A stretch of 64,000 nt of DNA, taken from Antechinus flavipes (Eukaryota). A model generated the notes under the pieces. The model did not search any database. It worked only from the letters and a program-made list of their open reading frames with translations, and was not told where the DNA came from. The translations under genes and the position numbers were made by a program. Where the stretch lies: positions 85,188,001 to 85,252,000 of the forward strand of contig NC_067404.1 in the NCBI RefSeq assembly GCF_016432865.1, written 5' to 3'. Positions 53,301 to 64,000 of the stretch are shown here, in pieces. Numbering within the stretch: the stretch's first letter is position 1; every line of letters starts with the position of its first letter.

Positions 53301-56256
53301 CCAAAGGGGGCAGACACTGGTCTTCCTATCCTGAACTTTAAAGTTGCTACAGGAGCCTGAGGCCACACTGTCTTCTGTCTCTCTGGCCTGGGGAGGGAAG
53401 GCAATCAGACAAGATGACAGGGCCCTGATGGGTGTGGCCGGACCCGGCCTCTGCTAAGGGTCCCCAGCCCAATTTGGACCTCGTCTCTACGCAAACAGCC
53501 TGGGCCGCCCCTTGGTCTGTGACTGCTTGGGCCACGGGGCAGCCGGCTCAGGTGGAGAGAGGAGGCCAGGAGGTCCATGGCCGGGTGGAGCCTTTACCCT
53601 GTCCACCCTTAATGGGAAAGGCCCGGGGAGTATGGGCCGGGCTGCTACTTTCCCTCAGTTTTTTTGACTATGAAACGGGGCTGCCTGTGCTCGCTTCCTT
53701 CCCAGGGCCGCAGCTGCCCACGGGGCTCCAGTGGGAAACGACAGGAGGGGGTCAAAGCTTTGTGTCCTCATGTGGAGGAGGCGGGACTCAAGGGGTGGGC
53801 TCCCCTGGGGGAAAAATGAGGCAGCAGGGACTTTCTTCTGCCCAGCTCTGCCAAGCTGTCCTCCCCGCTCCATCTGGGACCTTGGCCTTGGCAGACGATG
53901 CCATCCTCCACTCTCCCCCAGGGTCACGGCCAGCAACCTCCTACACACGGGCAGGAGCTACTTCCGTCCCACACACAGAGAGCGAGGCTGGCCAAGGGCG
54001 TGTGGAAAGAACAGCGAGATCCTGCCCCTCGGGGCCTCTGAGAAAGGAGGAGCCCGGACTGCCCCGGCCCCACTTCCCAGGCTGTTCCCTCCTCCCTCTG
54101 GCAGCACCCCAAGTGCCTGGGACATCACTGCCCCGTCCCGGCGCAGGGATCTCCCCCCCCTCCTCCCCGGAACCCAATGCCAGTAAGTCTCCCATCTGGA
54201 ACTGATTCTAGTCTCTCCCACTGAGACTCATCTAGACCCACCCCCCACCCCCCCTATTCCCCACCCCAGCTGCCCACAACACGGCCAAAACAGGGTTCAG
54301 CCTTCCCTCTAAGCCCGCCTCCCCCCAGATCTGCCGACTTTGGCGCCGAGTCGTCACCCTCACCCAGCTCTCGCCCCCTCCTCCCCCAAGTCATCCTGTG
54401 GGGAGGCCGGCGCTTGCCTCAAATCCCCCCCCCCCCCCCAAACACTCGGCCATCAAAGCGACCTTCCTCAAGTACTCCTTGCAGTGCCTCAAGTCCCACG
54501 CCCACTTCTCTGGCCTTCAAAGCCCTTTTCGGCCTGCGTGGGCTCCTCCCCACCCCTCCCCTCTGCGCTCTGAATCAATCCATGTCTTCTCCATGGGCGC
54601 CCCCCTGCCCGCCGCCCAGGCTACCTTCTGTCTATTCCTGTCTACACTCGGCTCTCATTCGAATCCAGGCTCCACAGGGACAGGGCTGGGTTCCCTTTGC
54701 CCACTGGGGCCTCAGGCCTCCCAGCTCACAGTAGTGAGCTCCCCATTGTGTTCTCGAGGACTGCAAAGCAATCTAGGAATATTACCCTCGTTTGATCCTC
54801 ACAACCCTGGAAGGTAAAGACTTACATTAGTCCCGTTTTATAGCTAAGGAAACTGAGGCACAGGGAGTTGAAGCCTCTAGTTCTGGTCACCCGGCTAATA
54901 CTCTAGGAAGGGTCCGAGGCCAGATTGGAACTCGCTTCCGACTCCGCCTCGTGGTGCCCCCTAGCCGTCCCAGTTCAGATCCTAGACTGTGGGCTGCCAG
55001 AAAGCTGAGGGAATGGCCCTTCCTCTCTAGACGGGCCTGGCCCGGAGATTTCCACCCCCCAACCCCGGCAAGCCACAAGCATTCCAGATCCCATTCCCTC
55101 CCACACTTCGAGGGTTACAAAGTGCCCTCAGCCGCGTGGAGGCCAGCCCCTTGGAGGGAGAAAGGGAGGCCCACCCAAGGGGAGGCAGCTAGTATTTCAA
55201 GCCAGGCCCACTCTCTCCACCCTTCCCCCCCCCCCCAAAGGATTCAATTTAGAACTGAGCTGGGGCCTAGTCGGGGGAAAGGGATGGGCCCGGGGATGGC
55301 CTACAAGGCAAGCCCCAAACACTGGCAAGGGGGATGCTCGCTCACTCACTCTCCCAAGGCACAGTTGCAAGTAAGACACCCTGTCAGCCCCCAGGAGAGG
55401 CCTCCGGTTCCCGGCTGGGCCGCAGGCGAGCACAGCAAGAGTAATGGCACAGGGAGCTGGAGTTGGAACCCTGCACTCCCTCCCTGGGCCCGTTTCTCAG
55501 CTCTAAAGGGGAGGGGGCTGGGCCTGCAGGAAGTTCTCCAGCCCTAGGGGCCCGACCATGTCTAAGGCAGCTCCCGACTCTCCCCGGTGGGATCTCCAAG
55601 CTAGACCTTGTCAGGGTCAATAAATAACCCACTCCTCCTGCCCCCCTCCCCTCTCCAATCAGGCATTTCAGCTTCCACCTGTAGCAGCCCTTCCATCCCC
55701 CTCCCCAGCAGCTGCTTTATAGATGTAGGGTTCCTAAAAGAACCCCAATGGGGAAGAGGCGCTGCCAACCACACGAAAGGCTCGCCCCACTCCATCAGCC
55801 ACCGGGGAACTGCCTCCAATGAGGAGTAGATGGGGCCAGTGGACAGCAAATTCTAAAACCCACTGATGGGCACGAAAGAGCAAAGGGAGAGCCTCTCGGT
55901 ACTGATCACCTTTTCGAGATACCAGGGACTGAGCTAAGCGCTTCAGAAAGTTGTCTCCTTTGAGGGTCCCTACAACCACGAAAGGAAAGGGCCATCCACC
56001 CCCACTTTTTACCATGGAGGAGACCGAGGCACGCAAGGGTAATGCACGAGAATCGGCTGATGTTGCATCTGTGAGTCCAGAACTCTAACCACCACACCAC
56101 CAGCTAACAGGATGGGCCGCGGCAGACCAGCGGCCAGCAAGCACGCGAAGCCCCCGAGGAGCCACGGGAAGCTCACCACGACCATCTTAACTTTCTAGGG
56201 GTACGTGGGGGGACCAGATGCTGCTCCTGAGAGGCTCCCTCCCCTCCCCCCATACA

Positions 56257-56291
<35 letters not shown>

Positions 56292-59200
56292 TGGCTGTGG
56301 CAGGGGTGGCAGAGGCAACTCACCCACTGCCCGGAACAAGCAGGCCCCATCCTCCTTCATCTGTTTGATAATGAACCCCTTCTTGTCCCGAAGGGCCTTC
56401 TCAAACCAGTGCTCCTGCTGAAGAGAAGACATGGCAAAGCTCAAAGACCAGTAGCCGGAGCCATGTGGGCCGCCCTGGGGGAGGAGGGGGGGGCACAAAA
56501 AGCCACCAACACCCAGGCAGCTCAAAGGCCCGGGGGAGACCTCCACGGGCCGAGCTGACCCGGGGCCAGCTTGTGGCCTTCTTCTCCGGCACAGCGTTGG
56601 TGGGAGGACACTCTGTGGGCCAGTGCCCCGCCCTAGCGCAACTGAGCTCATGAGAGATAAGGCGCCTAAGGGAAGAAAGAGCGGGAGCCACAGCTCCAGG
56701 AGAGAGCTGGCAAGAGAATTCGGTTTCTTCACACTTCCAGCTGTCTCCGAGTCCAGGGAACTCCCCGATCCTGGCAGAGTGGGGTCCAAGGCAAGTGGAC
56801 GTGGCTGCCGTTAGTGAAAAAGAGAAGGGTCCTAGCTCCGGCTCCCCCCGCACCCCAGCCAAAGCCGGGAAACATCCCAACTCCCAGGAGACCCTGACCG
56901 CCGACCCCCCCCCCCCTCCAAAGTCACTGAGAATCCTAAGGTGTGCTACGGCCACAGGTGAGCGCCTTGGCCCTGCGTGGCTGCCGAGGGAAAAGAAGTA
57001 ATAGAGTAACGAGCGGGCCTCGGGTCCATAGGTCAGCCCCCTCGCCATCAAGGCAAGGGAGCGGGGGACACAGACACAGTCACCGGCTGGTGCAAAGGCA
57101 TCGCCCTCCATACACGGCCAACACCCTGTGTCTTGGCAGGAGGGGAATAAAAAAAAAAAAAAAAAAACCCACAACCCAATATCCCCGGGAAATCAATGGT
57201 CGGGCTCTGGTCCGGGCCTGGAAGTAGGGGAAGGGCACCAAGGGCAACCATATTCATTCGGGGTGCTTGCTTCTATGGCCTCGCAGGCAGTGGGGGATGG
57301 CTCATCACTCCCTCCCTCTCAGGCCAGCCTCTCCTCTGGAACCCTGAAGCATCCCTGGCTAAGGAGGGCCAAAACTTGCTCAGATGAGGGAGAACTTGGA
57401 ACAGAGAATCCAAGCTGAGGTGTGCCCGGCGGGGTGCCCCACCGAGGCAAACAGCTCCTCTTGGTCCCCAGAGCACCATTCCTTACTCCGTCCTTGTTGC
57501 CCCCCACCGTCGCCCCACACCCAAAGACAAAACGGCAGCAATGACCTCTGTTTTACAGAGGAGGAAACTGAGGCAAAGATCTGGCACCTGCCCAGGGTCA
57601 GCCAGCTAAGAAGCATCTAATTCTGGATTCGAATTCAGAGCTTCCCAAATCCAGTTCCAGAGCTCTCTGGAACTAAACTTAGTTTTGGGAGGGGTCCAAC
57701 CCCTCCCAAAGGAAGCAGTTCAGGAAAGACCTCCTCAAATGGAGCAGGGATCCTGGACCTCCGAGGGCTCCCCTCAGAGCCTCTCTTCCTCAGGCCAAGC
57801 TCCTCCGAGGCCTGCCCTCACTCCTCAGCTCCCAAGAAGGTACACGGAGAGGAGAGAAATCTGCCCTCTCCCAAGGTGTCTGGGCCTGCTGGCCAGCAAG
57901 AGAGGTTGGGACTTGGCACCCCTAAGAGCAGCAGGCCACCCCCCCCCCCAGCATGCAAACATTCATCCGAGTGTGTTCGCGCCTCTGTCCCTGCACGGGC
58001 CCGGCCTCCCTTAATACTGGGTTTGGGGCAAAAGGAACTTAAAGCCGGAAGGTTGGTCTGGGAGCACGGGGCAAGAACTAGAGCCAGGAGGCTGACCGCC
58101 TGCAGATCGCAGACCCCCCCCCCCCTTTTAAGGAGGGGGCTGAGAGCACAGGGGAGACCCCGGCACTGGCAGCCAGCCGGTCCGAACATTTCCTCCACCC
58201 TGCGCTCTGGGACAAGGACTCAGGGGACAAGCTGCCAGGTTGTCCCCAGGGACCTCGGCGGAGGTGAAAGACTCCGGCCGGCCACGGAGGAGAAGATAAG
58301 GCTCAGAAAGCGCCAAGGCCTCCCGATGTGGGCTGAGGGGAGAGCACGAGGCAGGGGGCTGCGAGGGACCTTTCCGGTCAGCCCGGGGCCTCACTGCCAG
58401 AAGGCTCACCCACCCGCGGCCTCCAACAATCACATACAGAAGCAAACAGATCTCACTGTCCTCCCCTCTCCTGCTCTGCCTGAAGAGCCATGGGAAGGGG
58501 GGGCAGGGAGAACCAGGGGAGGGCGGGGAGGCAGGCTGCAGCCTGGTAAGAAAAGAACCCCAATAGAAGAAGAAAGGAAAAGCTCTTTAGGAGAAGAGTT
58601 ACAAGAGACAGCAGAAGAAAGGGCTTGGGGGGACCCCCACTGAGTAACAAGGCTGAGAAAGATGGAGTAAGAAAAGGCGCAGGCACTAGGGACCTGGAAG
58701 AGGTAAGGGGGGGGCTGGGGACCAGAATGGGAAAGAAAAGCAGGGAAGCCCAGGAGTCTAGGAACGGGGAGAACACAAGGTATAAAATGGGGGGGGACAA
58801 GGAGAGCGGATACAGGGACCAAAGGAAGAACAAGGGAGGGGGCCCTGACTCTGGGGACATAAGACGGAATAAACTGGGGGGCTCAAGGGCAGGTGTGTGG
58901 GGGAAGGAATAAAAAAGCAGGGAGAGGGGTTATCTAGGAAGCAAGGGAGAAACAATGGTAAGAAAAAGGGGGTCCTGAGGATCAAGGATAAAAGAAAAAG
59001 GGGGGAGTCGAGAGGGGAGAGGGAAAGGGGAATGCTGGGACAAGGGGTAAGGAAAGCAGGAAGGGACCCAATGGACTGGAGGGGGGGCCTTCTGGGGACT
59101 AGGAGGGCACAAGAAAAAAAAGGGGGGGGAAGATTCTGCGGACCAAAGTAGGAAGAAGGGGGTAAGCAGGGAATAAGGGAACAACAGAGAAGCTTTTGGG

Positions 59201-60133
59201 GACGGGAGGCTACAGCAAGAAAAGTAAAAGAGGAAGGGGGGGGCCTAGAGACCAATGGGGTGACTTGGAGTACACGAAGCTGAGAGAGGGACAAAGATGG
59301 GGGCCCTAGGGAAGGGGGAGGCCACGGGGTAAGAAATCAGGGCTTGGGAAGGGAACAAAGATGAGGGGCTCTAGGGACTTAAGAAAGGGACAAAGATGGG
59401 GGGGGGGGGTTGGCAGAAGGACCACGGAGTAAGCAAAGTCGGAAAGCTGGCAGGGCGCGGGGAGGGGGGTCGCGGCAGGGGCCCCGCGGCGGCAGCGGCC
59501 CCTAGCAGCACCCCCCCCACCCCTTGCCGCCAGCCGTACCTGCTCCACAGTGGCCGGGTCCATAGCCTCGACTCTGGCAGCCGCCGTGTCGTACTCGTCC
59601 TCGCTGTTGTAGCCGGCGCCACCTTCGTCGCGCTCCGGGCTGCCCCCCGCGCCGGGGCCTACACCGCCGACGCCGCCTCCCGGAGGCCCGCCGGGGTTGC
59701 CGCCGGGGCCCGCCTGCTGCCGACGCCTCTTGCTGTGGCCCGGCCCAGAGCAGCAGCCGCCCCCGGGGCCGCCGCCGGGACCGCCGCCAGCGCCCAGGCC
59801 CAGGCCCAGGCCCAGGCCGAGTGCGTCGGCGGCCCCGCCGGAGGCTGGACCCCCGGGGCCCGGAGGCGGCGGCGAGGCCTGCGGCCGGGAAGCCGCGGAG
59901 CCCGCGCCCGAGGCCCAACGCGCCAGCGGTGGCGGCGAGGCCCGAGGGCGGCCACCAGACGACGGTCCGGCGCCCGGGACGCCGTCGCCGCCGCCCGGGA
60001 CGCCGGGCCCGCCGCCCCCCGGGACGCCGGGCCCGCCGCCAGGCTCGCCGTCCGGGCCCGAATCAGCGTCCGAGCCGGCGGGCGGAGGCCCGGGCGGCGG
60101 TGGTGGAGGTTTCTTCTTGGGCAGGATGGTCAT
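50341..60133 (-). CDS. OTUD5: OTU deubiquitinase 5 (DUBA), 9 coding exons, 566 aa
   Basis: Exons 60133-59540, 56417-56324, 52627-52563, 52440-52284, 52180-52032, 51309-51106, 50965-50764, 50678-50565 and 50462-50341 (1701 nt). [28 protein letters not shown] catalytic Cys, [19 protein letters not shown]. Confidence 0.97.
56261..56290 (+). repeat. (CAG)10 trinucleotide repeat in OTUD5 intron 2
   Basis: Ten uninterrupted CAG units, ~33 nt into the intron downstream of the exon 2 donor. Confidence 0.9.
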
Positions 60134-61300
60134 GGTGCTCCTGGCCCTTGGCCGGTGAGCTCGGCCTCGGGCTCGGGCTCGGGCTCGGGCTCAGCGGCTC
60201 CGGCTCCGACGCCCCCTCAGGGTCGCCGGGGCCGGGGCCGGGGCGGAGCCAGGCCGGCCGGGCCTCCGGAGCTCCGGCCGACTAGGGGGAATAAGGGTCG
60301 CAACCGAGCGAGGCTCGGGGCGGGGACTGGGGGAGGGGTAGGGCCGGAGACCAAGAGAGGCCGGAGCCGCCAGGCCCCGCGTAGCCGCAATGCCGAGAAT
60401 CGCCTTCACCGCCGCCGCCGCCGCCGCCCGGGCCAGACGCAGGAGGAGCGGGAGGTGGCGGCGGCGGGAAGGGAAGAGAAGGGAAGAAAGGAAGGACGAG
60501 AGAGAAGGAAGGGCAACGCCAGACCAGGCGAAGGGAGGCCGGAAAGGAGCCGGCGGACCCCGGGAAACTGAAGGCAGAAGGGGCGGGGCGAGAGGCCGAG
60601 GCCCCGGATGAGCAGGGGCGGGGCCAGGCCAAGGCCCCGGATTGGGAGGGGGCAAGGAGGGGAGGGGAAGGGAAGGAGTCAAGGCAGGGCGTGGGGGAAG
60701 GGCTTCCCGCGGTCCCTCAGAAAACGGGCCTGGGAAATGCACCGGCCCGAGACTGAGAGCTTGCGTAGGCCCCGACTGCGTAGGCTGCGAGTAGAGAGGG
60801 ACGGCCCGGATGCAAAAGTCAATGGGGGGGGCGGCGGGGAGGGCGGGGCGTAGGCCCCGCGGCCACAGCTAGCTTTTCCTTTTCCTTTTCCTTCTCCTCC
60901 TCCTCCTCCTCTCTGCCTCCTGATTCCGGCGTCTGGAGGCCCCGCCCCACTCCACCAGGTGACTGACAAAAACAAACACCCGGACAGGACAGACCAGCCT
61001 CCGCGGCGCACGCAGGCGCGTTGGCTAGGAGTCAAGCCCCGCCCCCTCTTTTCATTCTCTGTCCCGCCCCTGTCGCAGATCGAGGACTGTGTGCGGGGCG
61101 GGGCGAAGGGCGGGGCGGGGTGCGGTAAGTCCGGGCCCGATCCCCGTCTCGGCCAGCGGTGGAGGGCACGTAAGTCTTTGCGACTTCCCCGGCCGGAGGT
61201 TGAGAAAAAGCGCCGTGGAAAGAGAGGAGAACCCGACCACGGGCGCCCGACCCTGCCCCCTCCCGGCCTGGCGAGTTGCCACAGTGCGTCTTCTACGCGC
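59450..61300. promoter_or_regulatory. OTUD5 CpG island/promoter
   Basis: Very high GC and CpG density spanning exon 1 and upstream; multiple GGGCGG boxes. Confidence 0.75.
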
Positions 61301-63206
61301 CCTCGCAACGTCATTTCCTCCTCTAGCTCCATCGCTGGTCAGGCTGCGGAGAACCGGCCAAAGTTTACGCTCTCTTCTAATTGCTTGCCCTCGTTTGTCA
61401 GTCAAGCGGGAGGCTCGCTCCGCCCACGCCTCCCTCTTTTGGTCCCGCCCGCCACTTCGGCAGATTCGTTTCCCCTCCCCCGCTTTCGGTATCTCGGCGG
61501 TCCATGCTGCCCCCTACTGGCAGCCAAGGTCTCTGCGTCCCGAAGCCCGTCTCTCCTACGTTTCCCCTCCTCTCCCGGCCCCTCATCTCAGCACCTCGTA
61601 CCCCAGAGTGGGGAGGAGAGGTAGAAGGGTTTTCATGTTTCGCCCCGAGCCTGCACGTAATAGGCCATCCGAAATGCTGACTGGGTGACCTTGATTTTGA
61701 TTCCCGCCTGGGCGCGAAGGACCAGCCAGCCTTCCTTCTCTGTCCCCCTTTAAAAGCTCCCTAACAGAAGAGTTGCAGAAACCATCCTCAATACCTGGCT
61801 GAAGTATCTAAAGTGGGCAGCAGCCCTGGGCTATCCAAAGCCTCCCACAGCCCTCTCTCTGGGTGGATCGAGCTTTTGCCATCCCTTAGGGCAGGTTAGC
61901 TAGCCTTGCCAGGAACCCCACTGACCAGGAAATCAAGGATCAGACCCATTTTTCAGATAAGCAAGCTGAGAACCAGCTTGGGAAAGAGAGTGGCCGATCG
62001 AACCCAATTCAAGCCCTTTCTGATGTCACCTCCAGTTCGCCCCCCCCCCCATTCCTCCCCCATCCCCATTCGTGGGCCAAGGTCTCCTTTGGTTTGTGTT
62101 TGTTTTTATTGGTTTAAACTGCATCCAGTAGGCCACTGGCTTCAAGCATGGGACAGGTGGGGAAACCTGAGACGTGCCAGGAGGCAGGCAAGCAGGCAGC
62201 TTGATGGAGGGGATCTAGGACACAGAAGGGAAACTGAGGCAGGCTCTAAGAGCTCTGGAGATGCTGAGGAGAGACCTTAAAGCACCTCCTCCTCCTGGCC
62301 CGCCGCCCTTAGTTGCCTCACCAATCATTCACTTGGATCTCAAGGACAAATCAGAGGAATAGCCAGGAGCTCTTTGCATCAAATAGCTGAGTTGGGAGCT
62401 ATTGCTTCATATGTCAGGAGGGTGGGAGCGGGACTTTCGAAGGCAGGACATTGGGCCTTCCTCCCTAGGGAGCTGAACTTGTGCTCAGCCGGGCCGGAAT
62501 TCTGCTTCTCTTCACAAGACAGTGGATCACTCTCGGCAGTTCTGTCCCTGCTGATCTCCATGCCTGAGGATGATGGGAGGGGATGGGGGAAGGCTCCCCC
62601 TTCACTGGGCCACTTAGTCATCTGTCCTCCAGATAAAGAAGGGAAGTCCAAGGAGAGAGCTAGCCATTCACTAAGGAGACAGCAGTCTAAACATTTCCTA
62701 GGCAGGAGCCATGAGGAGACAAGCAGAGGGGCCCCTCTGCTGTCACAGCCATCTTGAGGGCAGCCTCTGGCAGGACAGGTGCTAACACATCCGGGAGAGG
62801 TACTAAGGGAGCACGCTGACCCCTGCAACATTCCCCGGGGCCAGCTTCCCATCTCAGAGGCGAAAGATCCTGGAGAAGATCCGGGCCAGAGCAGCCTTGG
62901 CCCTTTCAGCCAGGCCCAGACAGTGACCCCCTCCCCAAGTCTCATCCTCGGCCATCCCAGCTGCTGATGTTTATGTCTCTGGGGGACAGAGAAGAGGGGA
63001 GATCGGACTCACCCCCCCCACAGCTGACGCACCCCCAAATTGTCCCGTTCAGGGCACTGACAGGGCCCCGCCCCCAATACTAAAATATCTCATTGCATAG
63101 CTTTCGGTGGGAAGAGAAGGGTCGCGGGCCCCTCATCTGCCTCACCCTCTGCCCCCTCCAAATGCGGCAGGGAAGCGACACCCCAAAGGAGGGGGAAGCA
63201 CCCCAA

Positions 63207-64000
63207 TCATAGGGAGGAGATTTTGACAGTGTTGTGGAGAAGATAAGAAGGAGCCAGACTGGAGTTCCGGAGGGCCTCCCCACCACTGCCCCCAGAGGGT
63301 CTTCCCGGCCCCTCTCCGTTGGCACTGCTGGGCGAACGTGGCAGGCTCTCATCTGGGGTGTTGGCGGGGGGGGTGGGGATGCTGATGATGGCCGCCACCA
63401 GGTCCTGACTGTCGCAATTCAGAGTCAGGCTGTCCCGAGTCTTGGCGTTGAGGCTGGCCCGGCTGGTGGATGGAAGCAGAAGGACCGGGATTATCCCCCA
63501 ACCCTTCAGGACTGCTGCGGTCCGGGGCTCAGCTGCAAGATCCACAGCCCCTGCGGTGGGCCGCCTCAGGTAAGTGGGTGCAGTCCCTGCACCTCAGATA
63601 CCTCTCCCATAAGTCCTAACTACAATCCTTTTTGGGGTAAATGTCTCGAGTCCCTGAGCCAGGAAAGGCCTCACGGTCCACCAGGATGTGTTTTGCTCTG
63701 AATTCTCTCATCTTAGTGGGAGGGATTGGCTGGGTGGGCAGGGGCCTGGGCCCAGTGGTCCCTGAGCTCTTTTGTGGCTCCGTTTTCATTAAGTCTATAA
63801 AGCCTTGTTTGCCCCAGCAGCCCCTGGGGCCCCCTCCCCCAAGTTTCACTTCCTTAGCCCCAGGGACTAGGGGCCACATTACCTCTGGGGTCCCGGGCTG
63901 TGGTGTCCAGCAAGAGTGTCCAGCTCCTGCATGCTGCCTCGGCTGACGGAGGCCGTGGAGTTGGCCAGACGGATGGCCCGGCGCTGCTTGGTCCGCCGAG
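63207..64000 (-). CDS. KCND1: Potassium channel Kv4.1, last two coding exons (partial gene)
   Basis: Exon >64000-63883 (RRAIRLANSTASVSRGSMQELD) and exon 63462-63207 (SRASLNAK..LNCDSQDLVAAIISIPTPPANTPDES...TVKISSL*). Confidence 0.93.

Noticed and set aside
59371-61688. Many overlapping 100-390 aa ORFs around the OTUD5 promoter (similar ones at 45075-45906 and 27158-28263)
   Set aside because: Expected stop-codon scarcity in CpG islands; low-complexity G/P/R/A products.

Overview
Eukaryotic (intron-containing, GC-rich) DNA from a marsupial, probably an Australian dasyurid (inferred from WSINE1-type SINEs and the L1 3' UTR). It is orthologous to the eutherian Xp11.23 gene cluster. Eight protein-coding genes could be reconstructed exon by exon with GT-AG boundaries and consistent phase: GATA1 (-), CDK20 (-), TIMM17B (-), PQBP1 (+), SLC35A2 (-), PIM2 (-), OTUD5 (-) and the 3' end of KCND1 (-). 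Main points of interest: (1) An intact 8-exon CDK20, autosomal in human, sits directly upstream of GATA1, and GATA1 is inverted relative to the TIMM17B-KCND1 block compared with human. (2) The E-box/GATA core of the GATA1 haematopoietic enhancer appears to lie inside the CDK20 3' UTR, only ~460 bp from the palindromic double-GATA promoter element. (3) Two ~6 kb purine/pyrimidine tandem arrays of opposite polarity, sharing a complementary core, bracket the first two CDK20 coding exons. (4) PIM2 lacks its first intron, PQBP1 lacks most of its polar repeat domain, and GATA1 lacks the LxCxE motif. (5) A CCA-tailed tRNA-Glu retrocopy and unassigned coding-like segments lie between CDK20 and TIMM17B. 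Comparisons with human and mouse are from recalled knowledge, not from database searches.
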